A DNA stretch of 62,378 bases, filler included. It is 3 parts of 3 records of this genome, joined end to end, with 100 filler letters (N's around TTAATTAATTAA, not from the genome) between each part and the next. Parts side by side here need not be neighbours in the genome. Positions count along the whole stretch, not along the records: positions 46,454 to 62,378 come from SRR20825006_1815; 2 more parts are not named here. One strand, 5' to 3'. Of the stretch, positions 50,308 to 59,877 are shown in pieces; position 1 is the stretch's first letter, and each line of letters opens with the position of its first letter. The translations under genes were made by a program, and so were the position numbers. The notes below the pieces were generated by a model. The model saw only the letters and a program-made list of their open reading frames with translations. It did no database searches and was not told the origin of the DNA.

Positions 50308-51840
50308 ATGAAAACACTCAGACTTATCCTCGGTGACCAGCTTAATCTATCGCACAGTTGGCTGGACCAAGAGAACGATCACCATATTTACCTGATGGCC
50401 GAAATGCGGCAAGAGACGGATTATGTAAAGCATCATATCCAAAAAGTGGTCGGTTTTTTCCGTGCCATGAGAAATTTTGCGGATGCTTTGGAAAAAAAGG
50501 GTCATAACGTAGTATATTTTAAAATCGGTGATAAAAACAATCCCCAAAACCTGCCCGATCTTATTGACCAAACCATTTCTGAACACAAGATTGAAAAGTT
50601 TGAATACCAATTGCCCGATGAATACCGATTGGACCAACAGCTTAAGAAAATTTGTAAATCCATATCCATTCCTTCGGAGGCTTTTGACACGGAGCACTTC
50701 TACACGAAAAGGGATGAGCTAAAAAATCATTTTAAGGGCAAAAAACAATTGTTAATGGAAAGTTTTTATCGGATGATGCGAAAGAAGCACAACATTCTGA
50801 TGGAGAACGACCAACCTGAAGGTGGAAAATGGAATTTTGACCAGAGCAACCGTAAAAAATGGGACGGTTCCCCTAGCATTCCAAAGGAACTGTCATTCAA
50901 CGCGGATGTTACCGAACTACTGGAAGAAATCAAAAGTGCAGAGGTAAACACTTTTGGGAACATTGATGCCAAAAACTTTCCTTGGCCCACCTCCTACCAA
51001 GAATGTACGGAGCTATTGGATTTTTTCTGTTCGAGACTATTGACCTATTTCGGGGACTATCAGGATGCATTGCATACCCAAGAGAAATACTTGTTCCATT
51101 CCCGATTGTCCTTCGCGATGAACAGTAAAATGCTGTCGCCAAAAGAAGTCATCAACACCGTGGTGGAACACTATTACGAGCATAAAGATGATATCGATAT
51201 TTCGCAAGTCGAGGGATTTATCCGCCAGATATTGGGTTGGCGGGAATATATGCGCGGTGTGTATTGGAAAGAAATGCCAAACTATGCTGAATTGAACAAA
51301 CTGGAGAACCATAATCCGCTCCCGGATTTCTTTTGGACGGGGAAAACCAAAATGAACTGTCTGCACAATGCCATTGCCCAGAGTTTGGACAATGCCTACG
51401 CTCACCATATTCAACGTTTGATGGTTATTGGAAACTATGCTTTGCTGACACAGGTAAACCCGGACGAAGTGGATGCATGGTATCTAGGTGTATATATAGA
51501 TGCCATTGAATGGGTAGAGATTACCAACACCAGAGGAATGAGCCAATTTGCGGATGGGGGCCTTGTAGCCACCAAACCTTATGTGAGTAGCGCCAATTAC
51601 ATTAATAAGATGGGCAATTATTGTAAGGAATGTTCCTATAGTCATACAGTTAAGTCGGGAGAGAAATCCTGTCCGTTCAATTCATTGTACTGGAATTTTT
51701 TGGAAGAGAAGAAATCACATTTTAAGAACAACCAACGCATGTCGATGATGTTGAGCTTGCTGGAAAAAAAAAGTCAGCAGGAACTTTCTGAATTAAAGGA
51801 ACGAGCGGAAAAAATCATACAAAATCCCGACGATTTTTGA
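50308..51840 (+). CDS. FeS-BCP cryptochrome/(6-4) photolyase (PhrB/CryB-like)
   Basis: LILGDQL, GGKWNFD, HHIQRLM, TKPYVSS; four FeS Cys (MNC, YCKEC, SCPF). Confidence 0.92.
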   Translation: MKTLRLILGDQLNLSHSWLDQENDHHIYLMAEMRQETDYVKHHIQKVVGFFRAMRNFADALEKKGHNVVYFKIGDKNNPQNLPDLIDQTISEHKIEKFEYQLPDEYRLDQQLKKICKSISIPSEAFDTEHFYTKRDELKNHFKGKKQLLMESFYRMMRKKHNILMENDQPEGGKWNFDQSNRKKWDGSPSIPKELSFNADVTELLEEIKSAEVNTFGNIDAKNFPWPTSYQECTELLDFFCSRLLTYFGDYQDALHTQEKYLFHSRLSFAMNSKMLSPKEVINTVVEHYYEHKDDIDISQVEGFIRQILGWREYMRGVYWKEMPNYAELNKLENHNPLPDFFWTGKTKMNCLHNAIAQSLDNAYAHHIQRLMVIGNYALLTQVNPDEVDAWYLGVYIDAIEWVEITNTRGMSQFADGGLVATKPYVSSANYINKMGNYCKECSYSHTVKSGEKSCPFNSLYWNFLEEKKSHFKNNQRMSMMLSLLEKKSQQELSELKERAEKIIQNPDDF

Positions 51841-51924
51841 TTTTAACAATTCTTTAAAATCTGTGGGCTGCTACCTTGTCGTATATCTAACAAATAAAAT
51901 ATTCCGCTACGGCGCCTATATATA

Positions 51925-51958
51925 AAAAGTCCTTCACAATACGTTGCGAAGGACTTTT
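51925..51958. terminator. Bidirectional terminator between the photolyase gene and clpP
   Basis: AAAAGTCCTTC...GAAGGACTTTT. Confidence 0.8.
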
Positions 51959-51983
51959 CACTTTTTAAGAGTTATGGTCTTAT

Positions 51984-52529
51984 TTACAAGATTCCATCCA
52001 CAATACCATATTCAACGGATTCTTCGGCACTCATCCAGTAATCGCGATCAAAATCTTTCATTACCTTGTCATAAGGCTGTCCACAATTCTCAGATAGAAT
52101 TTTAGCGCCCAGTTCCTTGGTCTTGATGATTTCCCTTGCCTGAATCTCAATATTTGAGGCCTGCCCCCTTGCACCACCACTTGGCTGGTGAATCATGACA
52201 CGGGCGTGCGGCTGGATAAACCTTCTGCCCTTTTCGCCCACCGATAAAAGTATGGAACCCATAGAGGCGGCCAAACCAGAACAAACGGTAGACACAGGGC
52301 TTTTTATTTGTTTAATGGTATCGTAAATAGCAAAACCAGAGGTTACATATCCTCCCGGGCTATTGATAATCAATTGAATCTCCTTATTGTTCAACATATC
52401 CAAATACAGCAACCGGTCGATTACGTGCTTTGCAGAATCATCATCTACTTGGCCCCACAAAAACACTTTGCGGTCGTCTAACAGTTTTTCTTGAATCAAT
52501 TCCTGAACTTTTCCTTTTTTTGAACTCAT
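51984..52529 (-). CDS. clpP: ATP-dependent Clp protease proteolytic subunit
   Basis: INSPGG, AASMG (Ser), MIHQP (His), DRDYW (Asp). Confidence 0.93.
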   Translation of the reverse strand: MSSKKGKVQELIQEKLLDDRKVFLWGQVDDDSAKHVIDRLLYLDMLNNKEIQLIINSPGGYVTSGFAIYDTIKQIKSPVSTVCSGLAASMGSILLSVGEKGRRFIQPHARVMIHQPSGGARGQASNIEIQAREIIKTKELGAKILSENCGQPYDKVMKDFDRDYWMSAEESVEYGIVDGIL

Positions 52530-52550
52530 TTTTTACGTGTTGTAAGACTT

Positions 52551-52558
52551 CAAAAATA
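52551..52558 (-). promoter_or_regulatory. sigmaA -7 element (TATTTTTG) for clpP
   Basis: TAnnTTTG match upstream of the clpP ATG. Confidence 0.55.
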
Positions 52559-52605
52559 ATCAAATTCCAAGGAAGTTACCGCACTTGTTTTTCACAATGG
52601 CCGTA

Positions 52606-53433
52606 TTATGATTTTATCTGCACCTTTTGCGATACCACATCCTTGATCGGGATAACGTACTTTCCGCTTCTTGTCTCCAAAGTCAAACTATTGTTTTCTA
52701 TGGATTTAATGACTCCTTCATCATCCCCTATAACTATTCTATCGCCTACCACATATGTCTTTCGGGTGTAAAATGCCCTAAGGATATCGGCAACAATTTC
52801 TTTGGATCCCAATCCTACCCCCAAAGCAAATGCCAAAAGGAAAGAGCCCAGAATCAATGTGATATTATTGGTAATAATAGTGGTATCGACACCTGCCTGG
52901 TTCAATGCGGTGATGGACATAAAGATGACGATCACATAGAAAAACAAGTTGCTTACGATATTGGAACCTCCAAATTCCAGTGAATCGAACAAACGCTTGA
53001 CCGTCTTCTTCACAAAATTACCGATGTAGAACCCGAGCATCAATAGTGCCAAAGCGCTAAAGAACTTAGGAAGATAATGTAAGAGGTTGCCAATTTCCTT
53101 GGATATGATTTTCCAATCCAAAATATCAGCAGCTACGATCAAAAACACCAAAATCAAAAACCACCGAACAAACCCCAAAATAATTTTTATGATATCTACA
53201 TTGAGGTCTCCTTTGCCGGTGACGTCCATGCCATTGATCTTATCATTGAGCATATCCACTTTGGCCAGTTTAAGGATTTTCTTCAGAAGGAAGAGTACAA
53301 TTTTGATAACGATCCAACCTAAAATCAAAATAATGATAGCGCCCAATATTTTTGGGAGGGCCAGCGCCATCTCTTTGCCCATGCCAGACAGGGACTCCAG
53401 GGTCACATTTTTCCATTCATTAATAGTCTCCAT
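52606..53433 (-). CDS. CmpX-like small mechanosensitive channel (TM_helix repeats plus MscS beta domain)
   Basis: LPKILGAIIIL and YLPKFFSAL repeats, ALGVGLGSKE, VGDRIVIG. Confidence 0.85.
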   Translation of the reverse strand: METINEWKNVTLESLSGMGKEMALALPKILGAIIILILGWIVIKIVLFLLKKILKLAKVDMLNDKINGMDVTGKGDLNVDIIKIILGFVRWFLILVFLIVAADILDWKIISKEIGNLLHYLPKFFSALALLMLGFYIGNFVKKTVKRLFDSLEFGGSNIVSNLFFYVIVIFMSITALNQAGVDTTIITNNITLILGSFLLAFALGVGLGSKEIVADILRAFYTRKTYVVGDRIVIGDDEGVIKSIENNSLTLETRSGKYVIPIKDVVSQKVQIKS

Positions 53434-53467
53434 AGTTGTTGTTTATTTATAGTGTTCTGTTAGTTGA

Positions 53468-53656
53468 TTAGTTGTCACCCATTGTTCGGAAAAGCTTACG
53501 CAAAGCACTGCCCAAATTAATCGAGAACAATGAAGCCATGTCCATGATCAACTTTGCGGCAGCAATGTCGTTCATCACTTTTTGCTTCATTTCCGGTGGG
53601 GCCTCGTGCAAGGAAGCCTCCAGCTCTTTGAATGGGTTTTTGTGTTTCTTTGCCAT
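53468..53656 (-). CDS. Small protein, CfrX-like candidate anti-sigma factor
   Basis: ATG directly follows the sigma TAG; NPFKEL...KVMNDI...DMASLF; 62 aa. Confidence 0.7.
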   Translation of the reverse strand: MAKKHKNPFKELEASLHEAPPEMKQKVMNDIAAAKLIMDMASLFSINLGSALRKLFRTMGDN

Positions 53657-54229
53657 CTATTCGAGGGTATTATAGATTTCCAATAGTCTTTCTTTGGCTC
53701 TTTTAAGCCGCATTTTTACTGCGCTCTCCCCTATATCCAATAAGTTTACCAGTTCCTTTATACTGGCTCCGTCCTGATACTTTAACAATAAAATGGACCG
53801 CTCTTCAGCGGAGATGATTTCTAGGCATTTCTTGAGTTTATCGGCTTTCATCTCAAACAACCTCTCATCGGGCACCTCTTCTGTAAGTTTGTATTCCGAA
53901 CTTTCTACCTGTACGGATTTGTCCCGAATTTTAAGTTGCTTGTTCCGATTTACATAGTTCACACAAAAATTATAGGTAAAAGAATATAGCCATGTAGAAA
54001 ACTTCGATTTTCCCTTAAAGGTCCGAAGTTTGATAAATAATTGAAGAAAGACATCTTGGGTCAAGTCTTCCGCCTCGTCCGCAGATTTCGCAAATCCGTA
54101 ACATTTGTTATAGACCATTTTCACATAGCGGTCATACAACTTCCCAAAGAGCATAGGGTCATTGTCCGCCACAATCTGTTTTACTAATTCCTCATCAGAA
54201 AGATGTACGTATAAGTCTTCCTTTTCCAA
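53657..54229 (-). CDS. ECF RNA polymerase sigma factor, SigX-like
   Basis: LSDEELV, AEDLTQDVF, FKGKSKFSTWLYS, GESAVKMRLKRA; likely TTG start at 54229. Confidence 0.9.
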   Translation of the reverse strand: MEKEDLYVHLSDEELVKQIVADNDPMLFGKLYDRYVKMVYNKCYGFAKSADEAEDLTQDVFLQLFIKLRTFKGKSKFSTWLYSFTYNFCVNYVNRNKQLKIRDKSVQVESSEYKLTEEVPDERLFEMKADKLKKCLEIISAEERSILLLKYQDGASIKELVNLLDIGESAVKMRLKRAKERLLEIYNTLE

Positions 54230-54371
54230 AAACGCTTTGTCGGGGTTACTTATAAGTATTAGAAACAAGTTTTTTAAAAAAGTCACTTCAAAAACAGATT
54301 TATGGGTCAGGCTTTTTAAAATGGGGCGCAAAATAACGGATTTTCACACTATATTTGGTTAAAAATCAGAT

Positions 54372-55061
54372 ATGAAGACCTATTACATCGTTGGATTGTT
54401 CGCTATTTTATTTTTCGCATCCTGTAAAACGGAGCCAAAACAAAAAGAGGAGACCCAAGAAGCGGCCGAAACCGATAAATCGGTCCCGGAACTTATTGCC
54501 GAAGCCCATGGTTTTGAAAACTGGTCGGCTGTGAAGGAAATCACATTTACCTTTAATGTAGATAGAGATTCCATGCATTTTGAACGCAGTTGGGACTGGA
54601 AACCCAAGAGCAACATGGTAACGGCCATTTCGGGGCCCGACACCCTTACATACAATCGAAATTCCATGGACAGTATTGCCCAAAAAACAAACAGTGGTTT
54701 TATCAATGACAGATATTGGTTGATGGCCCCTTTTAATTTGATGTGGGACTCCGGCAATTATACCTACGAACATACAGCTGAGGCCACCGCTCCAATCAGC
54801 AAAGAGCCTATGCAAAAGCTCACCATAGTGTATGCCAACGAAGGTGGTTACACTCCCGGTGATGCATATGATTTCTATTTTAAGGACGATTATATAATTC
54901 GCGAGTGGGCCTATCGAAAATCCAACCAAGAAGAGCCCAACTTGGTCTCCACTTGGGAAGATTATGTAGAGATGCAGGGATTGCAGTTATCGAAGCAGCA
55001 CAATCGTCCCGAAGGTGGCACCAACTTATATTTCACCGGGCTTACGGTAAGCAAGGAGTAA
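54372..55061 (+). CDS. Hypothetical lipoprotein
   Basis: Lipobox FASC; AHGFENW, FINDRYWL, GGYTPGD. Confidence 0.75.
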   Translation: MKTYYIVGLFAILFFASCKTEPKQKEETQEAAETDKSVPELIAEAHGFENWSAVKEITFTFNVDRDSMHFERSWDWKPKSNMVTAISGPDTLTYNRNSMDSIAQKTNSGFINDRYWLMAPFNLMWDSGNYTYEHTAEATAPISKEPMQKLTIVYANEGGYTPGDAYDFYFKDDYIIREWAYRKSNQEEPNLVSTWEDYVEMQGLQLSKQHNRPEGGTNLYFTGLTVSKE

Positions 55062-55196
55062 TAGCTTTCTTTGATTTTGTGGGCATAGTTTGCTCACAAA
55101 AAGCATTTTCAAAATTCTCCCCAGCGCTTAAAAATGATGTTTTCCATCGTTTATTTTCCTATTTCGGGAAATGAAACTTTTGAAACAAAACTATAA

Positions 55197-56702
55197 ATGA
55201 GAATTAAAAACCTTATCATCCCATTATTTTGTCTGGTGACCATACATGTACAAGCACAGGATAATTGGCTCACCAAAAAACAAATAACAGAGGATGTTGA
55301 ATTTTTGACCAAAACATTAAATGAAAAGTCTTCCTATGCTTATCTGAACGGTTTTGATTTCAACAAGGATTTTGAAAATTATCTTACATCGTTAAAAGAT
55401 TCCACCCAACTTGAAAATTTCGGTTTGTTTATCACCAACACTTTGGCCAAAATCGGGGATAGACATTCCGCTTTAAATGGCATTAGAGGCTACAGCCTAA
55501 ACGAATCCTTATTCTTACCGTTTGTTTACGCACCTGTTAACGATAAAGTTGTTGTCCTGAATTATGATCAGGATAAAACCTTGAAAATCCTAAATCCCCG
55601 CTTCCCCTACCTCAAAAAGATTGATGGTCTCGACATAGATGAATTCTTGCAAAAAACGCGGCCAGAAGATATTAAGGCCCCCAAAGAGACCTATTTTACC
55701 CTAGCAGTTCGCGACATTAGGGACATACAAAAAAATTACATCCTATTGGACAAAGCACTACCGAAAGAAATCGAATTAACCCTTTCGGACGATTTATTCC
55801 AAAATGACACAACTTTAATCGTTCCTGTAATAGGTAAATCAGAACGGCAAAGACCATGGGATGAAAAATTTGAAAGGGACTATCTTTTTATAAAGGACGA
55901 GGACTTCAACCAACCCGAAATTATTGATGGTCTATTTAGTTTGGACGACCAAATCGCATACATCAAATTACCGGAAATGGTACGTAAGGATGAAGCTCCC
56001 CTACTTTTTGAGAAAGTCAATTCATTTATGAAATCGATTCGAAACGACAGCGAAGCCCTAATTATCGATGTCAGGGCCAATGGTGGCGGAACACGGGACT
56101 TGTTATATGAGTTTGCAAAATATTTGATTCACCCTGACTCCGTTCATGTTATAAATGTAGTCAAGCAAAGAGGGCCACTCCCCTTGCCAAAAGATTATAA
56201 AGAAAGCCTACACAGCCGATTTTTATATTCTTTTTCGGAATTGAATGACAGGGAACAGAAAAAGGTAACTGGGTTTTTGAAAAATTTCAACCCAATGTAT
56301 GAATTGGATAACGCAAAGTACAGCGAATATCATTTTGGATTGTTGAATGGAGAGAAATTATCCACTGAAGGACTGTACTACAACAAGCCTATCTATATTT
56401 TGGCCAACGAAAAAACTTTTAGTGCCGCATCTGTTTTCGTCTCTGATTTCAAAGGAATTCCGAATATAAAAATTGTTGGGGTGACAACGGATGGTTCTAG
56501 TGGCAATAGCAATTGGGTCGACCTCCCAAATTCAAAATTGTTCGGGAAAATCAGTACAATGGTCTCCTTTCAAAAAAATGGAAAGGTTTTGGACGGTTAC
56601 GGAACAACACCTGATATAAAAATAGAAAGGGACATGAACCAAGTGCTTTGGCAATCGGACACACAACTTGAAAAGTTAAGAGCCCTGATAAAGGAAAAAT
56701 AA
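55197..56702 (+). CDS. S41 family peptidase
   Basis: LIIDVRANGGG, TFSAAS, GVTTDG, GTTPDI; signal peptide. Confidence 0.82.
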   Translation: MRIKNLIIPLFCLVTIHVQAQDNWLTKKQITEDVEFLTKTLNEKSSYAYLNGFDFNKDFENYLTSLKDSTQLENFGLFITNTLAKIGDRHSALNGIRGYSLNESLFLPFVYAPVNDKVVVLNYDQDKTLKILNPRFPYLKKIDGLDIDEFLQKTRPEDIKAPKETYFTLAVRDIRDIQKNYILLDKALPKEIELTLSDDLFQNDTTLIVPVIGKSERQRPWDEKFERDYLFIKDEDFNQPEIIDGLFSLDDQIAYIKLPEMVRKDEAPLLFEKVNSFMKSIRNDSEALIIDVRANGGGTRDLLYEFAKYLIHPDSVHVINVVKQRGPLPLPKDYKESLHSRFLYSFSELNDREQKKVTGFLKNFNPMYELDNAKYSEYHFGLLNGEKLSTEGLYYNKPIYILANEKTFSAASVFVSDFKGIPNIKIVGVTTDGSSGNSNWVDLPNSKLFGKISTMVSFQKNGKVLDGYGTTPDIKIERDMNQVLWQSDTQLEKLRALIKEK

Positions 56703-56831
56703 CTGTCATCTAAGAAGTTGGTATGGCCGGAAACTGATAACTTAGAAAATCATATAACCTGCAATCGGCCAAATAATTCGTTACAGTTATGGAACATTGA
56801 TCAATTCTGATATGAGCACATACAATTGATT

Positions 56832-57980
56832 TTATTTCCCCCTCCTTCGCAGAAAAAATGTAATCCCAAAAACCAAAAGGGCCATACACAGCAACAAGAC
56901 AAAGCTATAGTTTAGAGAGGCACTTTCTGCAATAAACCCTAGAATAACAGGCCCCAACAAAAATCCGATATACCCGAACCCAGCTATAAAAGCAACACCT
57001 TGGGAAGAATCCACCCCTTTTACATTCCCTCCGATACGGAACAATTCGGGTACTATGACCGAAAAGCCAAGACCGTTAAGAGCAAATCCAATTATGGACC
57101 AAGTAGTGTTTTGTGTCAGCACCAAAACAAAACCAATAGCAGCAATTAGTGCTCCCAACCCTACTATTCTTATGGGCCCAATTTTTGCGCTGATACCATC
57201 GCCCAGAAACCGACCTAAGGTCATAGTTGTGGAAAATGCCAAGAATCCCGCACCAATAAGCAGCTCTGGTGCCATGGTCATTTCTTTGAGGTAAAGTGCG
57301 CTCCAATCTATAATGGCACCTTCGCTACCAAAGGATACAAACCCAATAATGCCAAGCAAAAGCAACGGCTTGAACAATTTTAGACTGAAAGGCTCCTTCT
57401 CTACTGGAGCGGCAACCACTTGGATATAATGTTTCTTTAGAAAAAAATTGATGATAAATACCAACACCACGGTAACGCCCATGTGCAACACAGGGTTTCC
57501 AATCACAGGAATCAGGAAACTGCCCAGGCCTACCAAAATACCGCCCAAACTAAAAAAGCCATGGGCCGCGGACATAAAGTTTTGTTTGTCTTCCTTTTCA
57601 ATCTCGGTGACCAAAGTGTTTATGGCTATATCTATAAATCCATTGCTCGCCCCAAAAAGGTACAAAGCTGCCATCAGCATATAATAATTGGGAGCCATTA
57701 GCGGCAACATTGCTGTTACCGAAGCAAATATTACCCCGTACCATGACGACCTTCCGACCCCAAATTTATTGATGACCTTGGAAGCCACAGGGAAAATAGT
57801 GAAAACCCCCAGCGACAAGCAGAACAGGGCTATGCCCAAATCTGCTTTATTTATATCCAGTTTTTCCTTTACGGTGGGAATATAAATGGCCCATGTCCCA
57901 AACCAAATATTGATACTGGTAAATACCCATGCCACTCCAAAATATCTTGGATTGGACAGAATAAGCCATAGGGATTTCAT
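56832..57980 (-). CDS. MFS transporter
   Basis: Many TM helices, DIAINT, HGFFSLG, EGAIIDWSALYL, GRFLGD. Confidence 0.88.
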   Translation of the reverse strand: MKSLWLILSNPRYFGVAWVFTSINIWFGTWAIYIPTVKEKLDINKADLGIALFCLSLGVFTIFPVASKVINKFGVGRSSWYGVIFASVTAMLPLMAPNYYMLMAALYLFGASNGFIDIAINTLVTEIEKEDKQNFMSAAHGFFSLGGILVGLGSFLIPVIGNPVLHMGVTVVLVFIINFFLKKHYIQVVAAPVEKEPFSLKLFKPLLLLGIIGFVSFGSEGAIIDWSALYLKEMTMAPELLIGAGFLAFSTTMTLGRFLGDGISAKIGPIRIVGLGALIAAIGFVLVLTQNTTWSIIGFALNGLGFSVIVPELFRIGGNVKGVDSSQGVAFIAGFGYIGFLLGPVILGFIAESASLNYSFVLLLCMALLVFGITFFLRRRGK

Positions 57981-58021
57981 CTAATGGTGGTGTTTAGTCG
58001 GTTCATTTAGTGCATTGGTTC

Positions 58022-59290
58022 TTATTTGCTCTGTATACCCTCTTTTAAGATTTGTCCAAAACGATACATATCCTCATACGAACAGTACAATGGAGCAGGT
58101 GCCAGTCGGATAACATTCGGCTCCCTCCAATCGGTGATCACACCTTTTTTCATTAAATAGTCAAAAATGGATTTCCCTTCGCCGTGCAAAAACACGGAGA
58201 GTTGACATCCTCTGTCCGCAGGAGTGATAATTTCAAATGTGCTATCTACTTCCTTATCTATCTCGTGGAGTACATATTCCAGATAGGCCACAATGGTCTT
58301 TTGTTTTTCGATTAGTGCATCCATACCCACTTCATCAAATAGTTCCAGAGAGGCCAAATAGGGAGCTACGGACAAAATGGGCGGATTGCTCAGTTGCCAT
58401 GCGTCGGCGGTTTCAATAGGGTCGAACTCCGGCTTCATTAAAAAACGTGTCTCTTTTTTGGTTCCCCACCAGCCTTCAAAACGGGGGATGTCCTCTTTGC
58501 CCAAGTGTTTTTCGTGCACAAAGACTCCCGATGCGTTCCCCGGGCCACTGTTCATGTATTTATAGCTGCACCAAGCGGCAAAATCAGCACCCCAATCGTG
58601 CAGGTTCAATTTGATGTTTCCAACGCCGTGGGCCAAATCCCAACCAACAAAGGCACCAACATCCTTGCCTGCTTTGGTAATGGTTTTCATATCCAATACT
58701 TGCCCATTATAATAATTGACACCACCCATCAACACCAAAGCCAGCTCATCCCCCACTTCATTTATTTTTTGGATGATATCCCCGGTACGCCATGCATGTT
58801 CCCCATCTCGTTTTTTCACTTCTACTATGGCATCCTCGGGATTCAGTCCGTGATAACGCACCTGACTTTGCAACATATATTGGTCGGACGGAAACGCCTT
58901 CTCTTCGCAGATTATCTTGAACCGTTTTTCGGTGGGTCGGTAAAAGGACACCATCAACAAATGAAGGTTTACGGTTAGGGTGTTCATCACCGAAATTTCC
59001 TTGGGTTTTGCCCCTACGACCTTACCCAAACCCTCGGCCAGTCTTTCGTGATAGTCCCACCAAGGCTTATCAGCATAAAAGTGTCCTTCGACAGCGAGCT
59101 CTCGCCAGTCCTTCATAACCTCATCAACAAACTTTTGGGTACGTTTGGGTTGAAGCCCAAGTGAGTTGCCCGTAAAATAGATTACATCCTTTCCGTTGAC
59201 TTGTGGATAGTGGAATTCATTTCTATAGGAAGCCAATGCATCGGAAGCATCGAGCTTTTTGGCATATTCAAGCGTATTCTCGAATGTCAT
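58022..59290 (-). CDS. kynU: Kynureninase
   Basis: GNSLGLQP, FPSDQY, DLAHGVGN, WCSYKY, DWREPNVIR. Confidence 0.96.
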   Translation of the reverse strand: MTFENTLEYAKKLDASDALASYRNEFHYPQVNGKDVIYFTGNSLGLQPKRTQKFVDEVMKDWRELAVEGHFYADKPWWDYHERLAEGLGKVVGAKPKEISVMNTLTVNLHLLMVSFYRPTEKRFKIICEEKAFPSDQYMLQSQVRYHGLNPEDAIVEVKKRDGEHAWRTGDIIQKINEVGDELALVLMGGVNYYNGQVLDMKTITKAGKDVGAFVGWDLAHGVGNIKLNLHDWGADFAAWCSYKYMNSGPGNASGVFVHEKHLGKEDIPRFEGWWGTKKETRFLMKPEFDPIETADAWQLSNPPILSVAPYLASLELFDEVGMDALIEKQKTIVAYLEYVLHEIDKEVDSTFEIITPADRGCQLSVFLHGEGKSIFDYLMKKGVITDWREPNVIRLAPAPLYCSYEDMYRFGQILKEGIQSK

Positions 59291-59307
59291 TCTATTTTGG
59301 TTTTCAT

Positions 59308-59315
59308 CAAAAATA
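59308..59315 (-). promoter_or_regulatory. sigmaA -7 element (TATTTTTG) for kynU
   Basis: TAnnTTTG match upstream of the kynU ATG. Confidence 0.5.
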
Positions 59316-59347
59316 CAATTTGTAGCAGTAATGTGATCAAAAGAAAA

Positions 59348-59812
59348 TTACTCCAAACGCATTTCGATGATGTGCTTTTTAAATCCTACTTTTTCATAAG
59401 CCTTGATTGCCGGTAGGTTTTCATTGTAGACCGTCAATCGGATTTCCTTATAACCTTGGTCCAGGGACCATTGTTTAAGCCCATCCACAATCTGAGCATT
59501 GATTCCCTTCCCCCGAAAATTTTCATCGGTATACATAAAACCCAAATATGCGTAAAACTCATGGTCCAGATAATGCCTTGCTCTTTTGGGAATGGCGTAG
59601 CCAGAAGCCACGACCCCACCATCTATCTCTGCGACCAAAACACATGCTTTTGTATCCTGAATCATTTCTCCAATATCGTAATAACTGATAGGTCCTTCTT
59701 TTATAGTAACATCAAAAGGACGCTCTGCCTTTATGATTTCCTGTTCAAAGTTGAGGAGCTTGGGCAAGTCTTCCAATGTGGCGGTTCGTATACTTACCTT
59801 TGGTAACGTCAT
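59348..59812 (-). CDS. GNAT family N-acetyltransferase
   Basis: FRGKGIN, NLPAIKAYEKVGF. Confidence 0.88.
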   Translation of the reverse strand: MTLPKVSIRTATLEDLPKLLNFEQEIIKAERPFDVTIKEGPISYYDIGEMIQDTKACVLVAEIDGGVVASGYAIPKRARHYLDHEFYAYLGFMYTDENFRGKGINAQIVDGLKQWSLDQGYKEIRLTVYNENLPAIKAYEKVGFKKHIIEMRLE

Positions 59813-59877
59813 GAGGTTCTTTTGTTTTATCAAGCAGTCAATGTAGTTCTTTTCTATATTTTTGCGAAAAATATATC

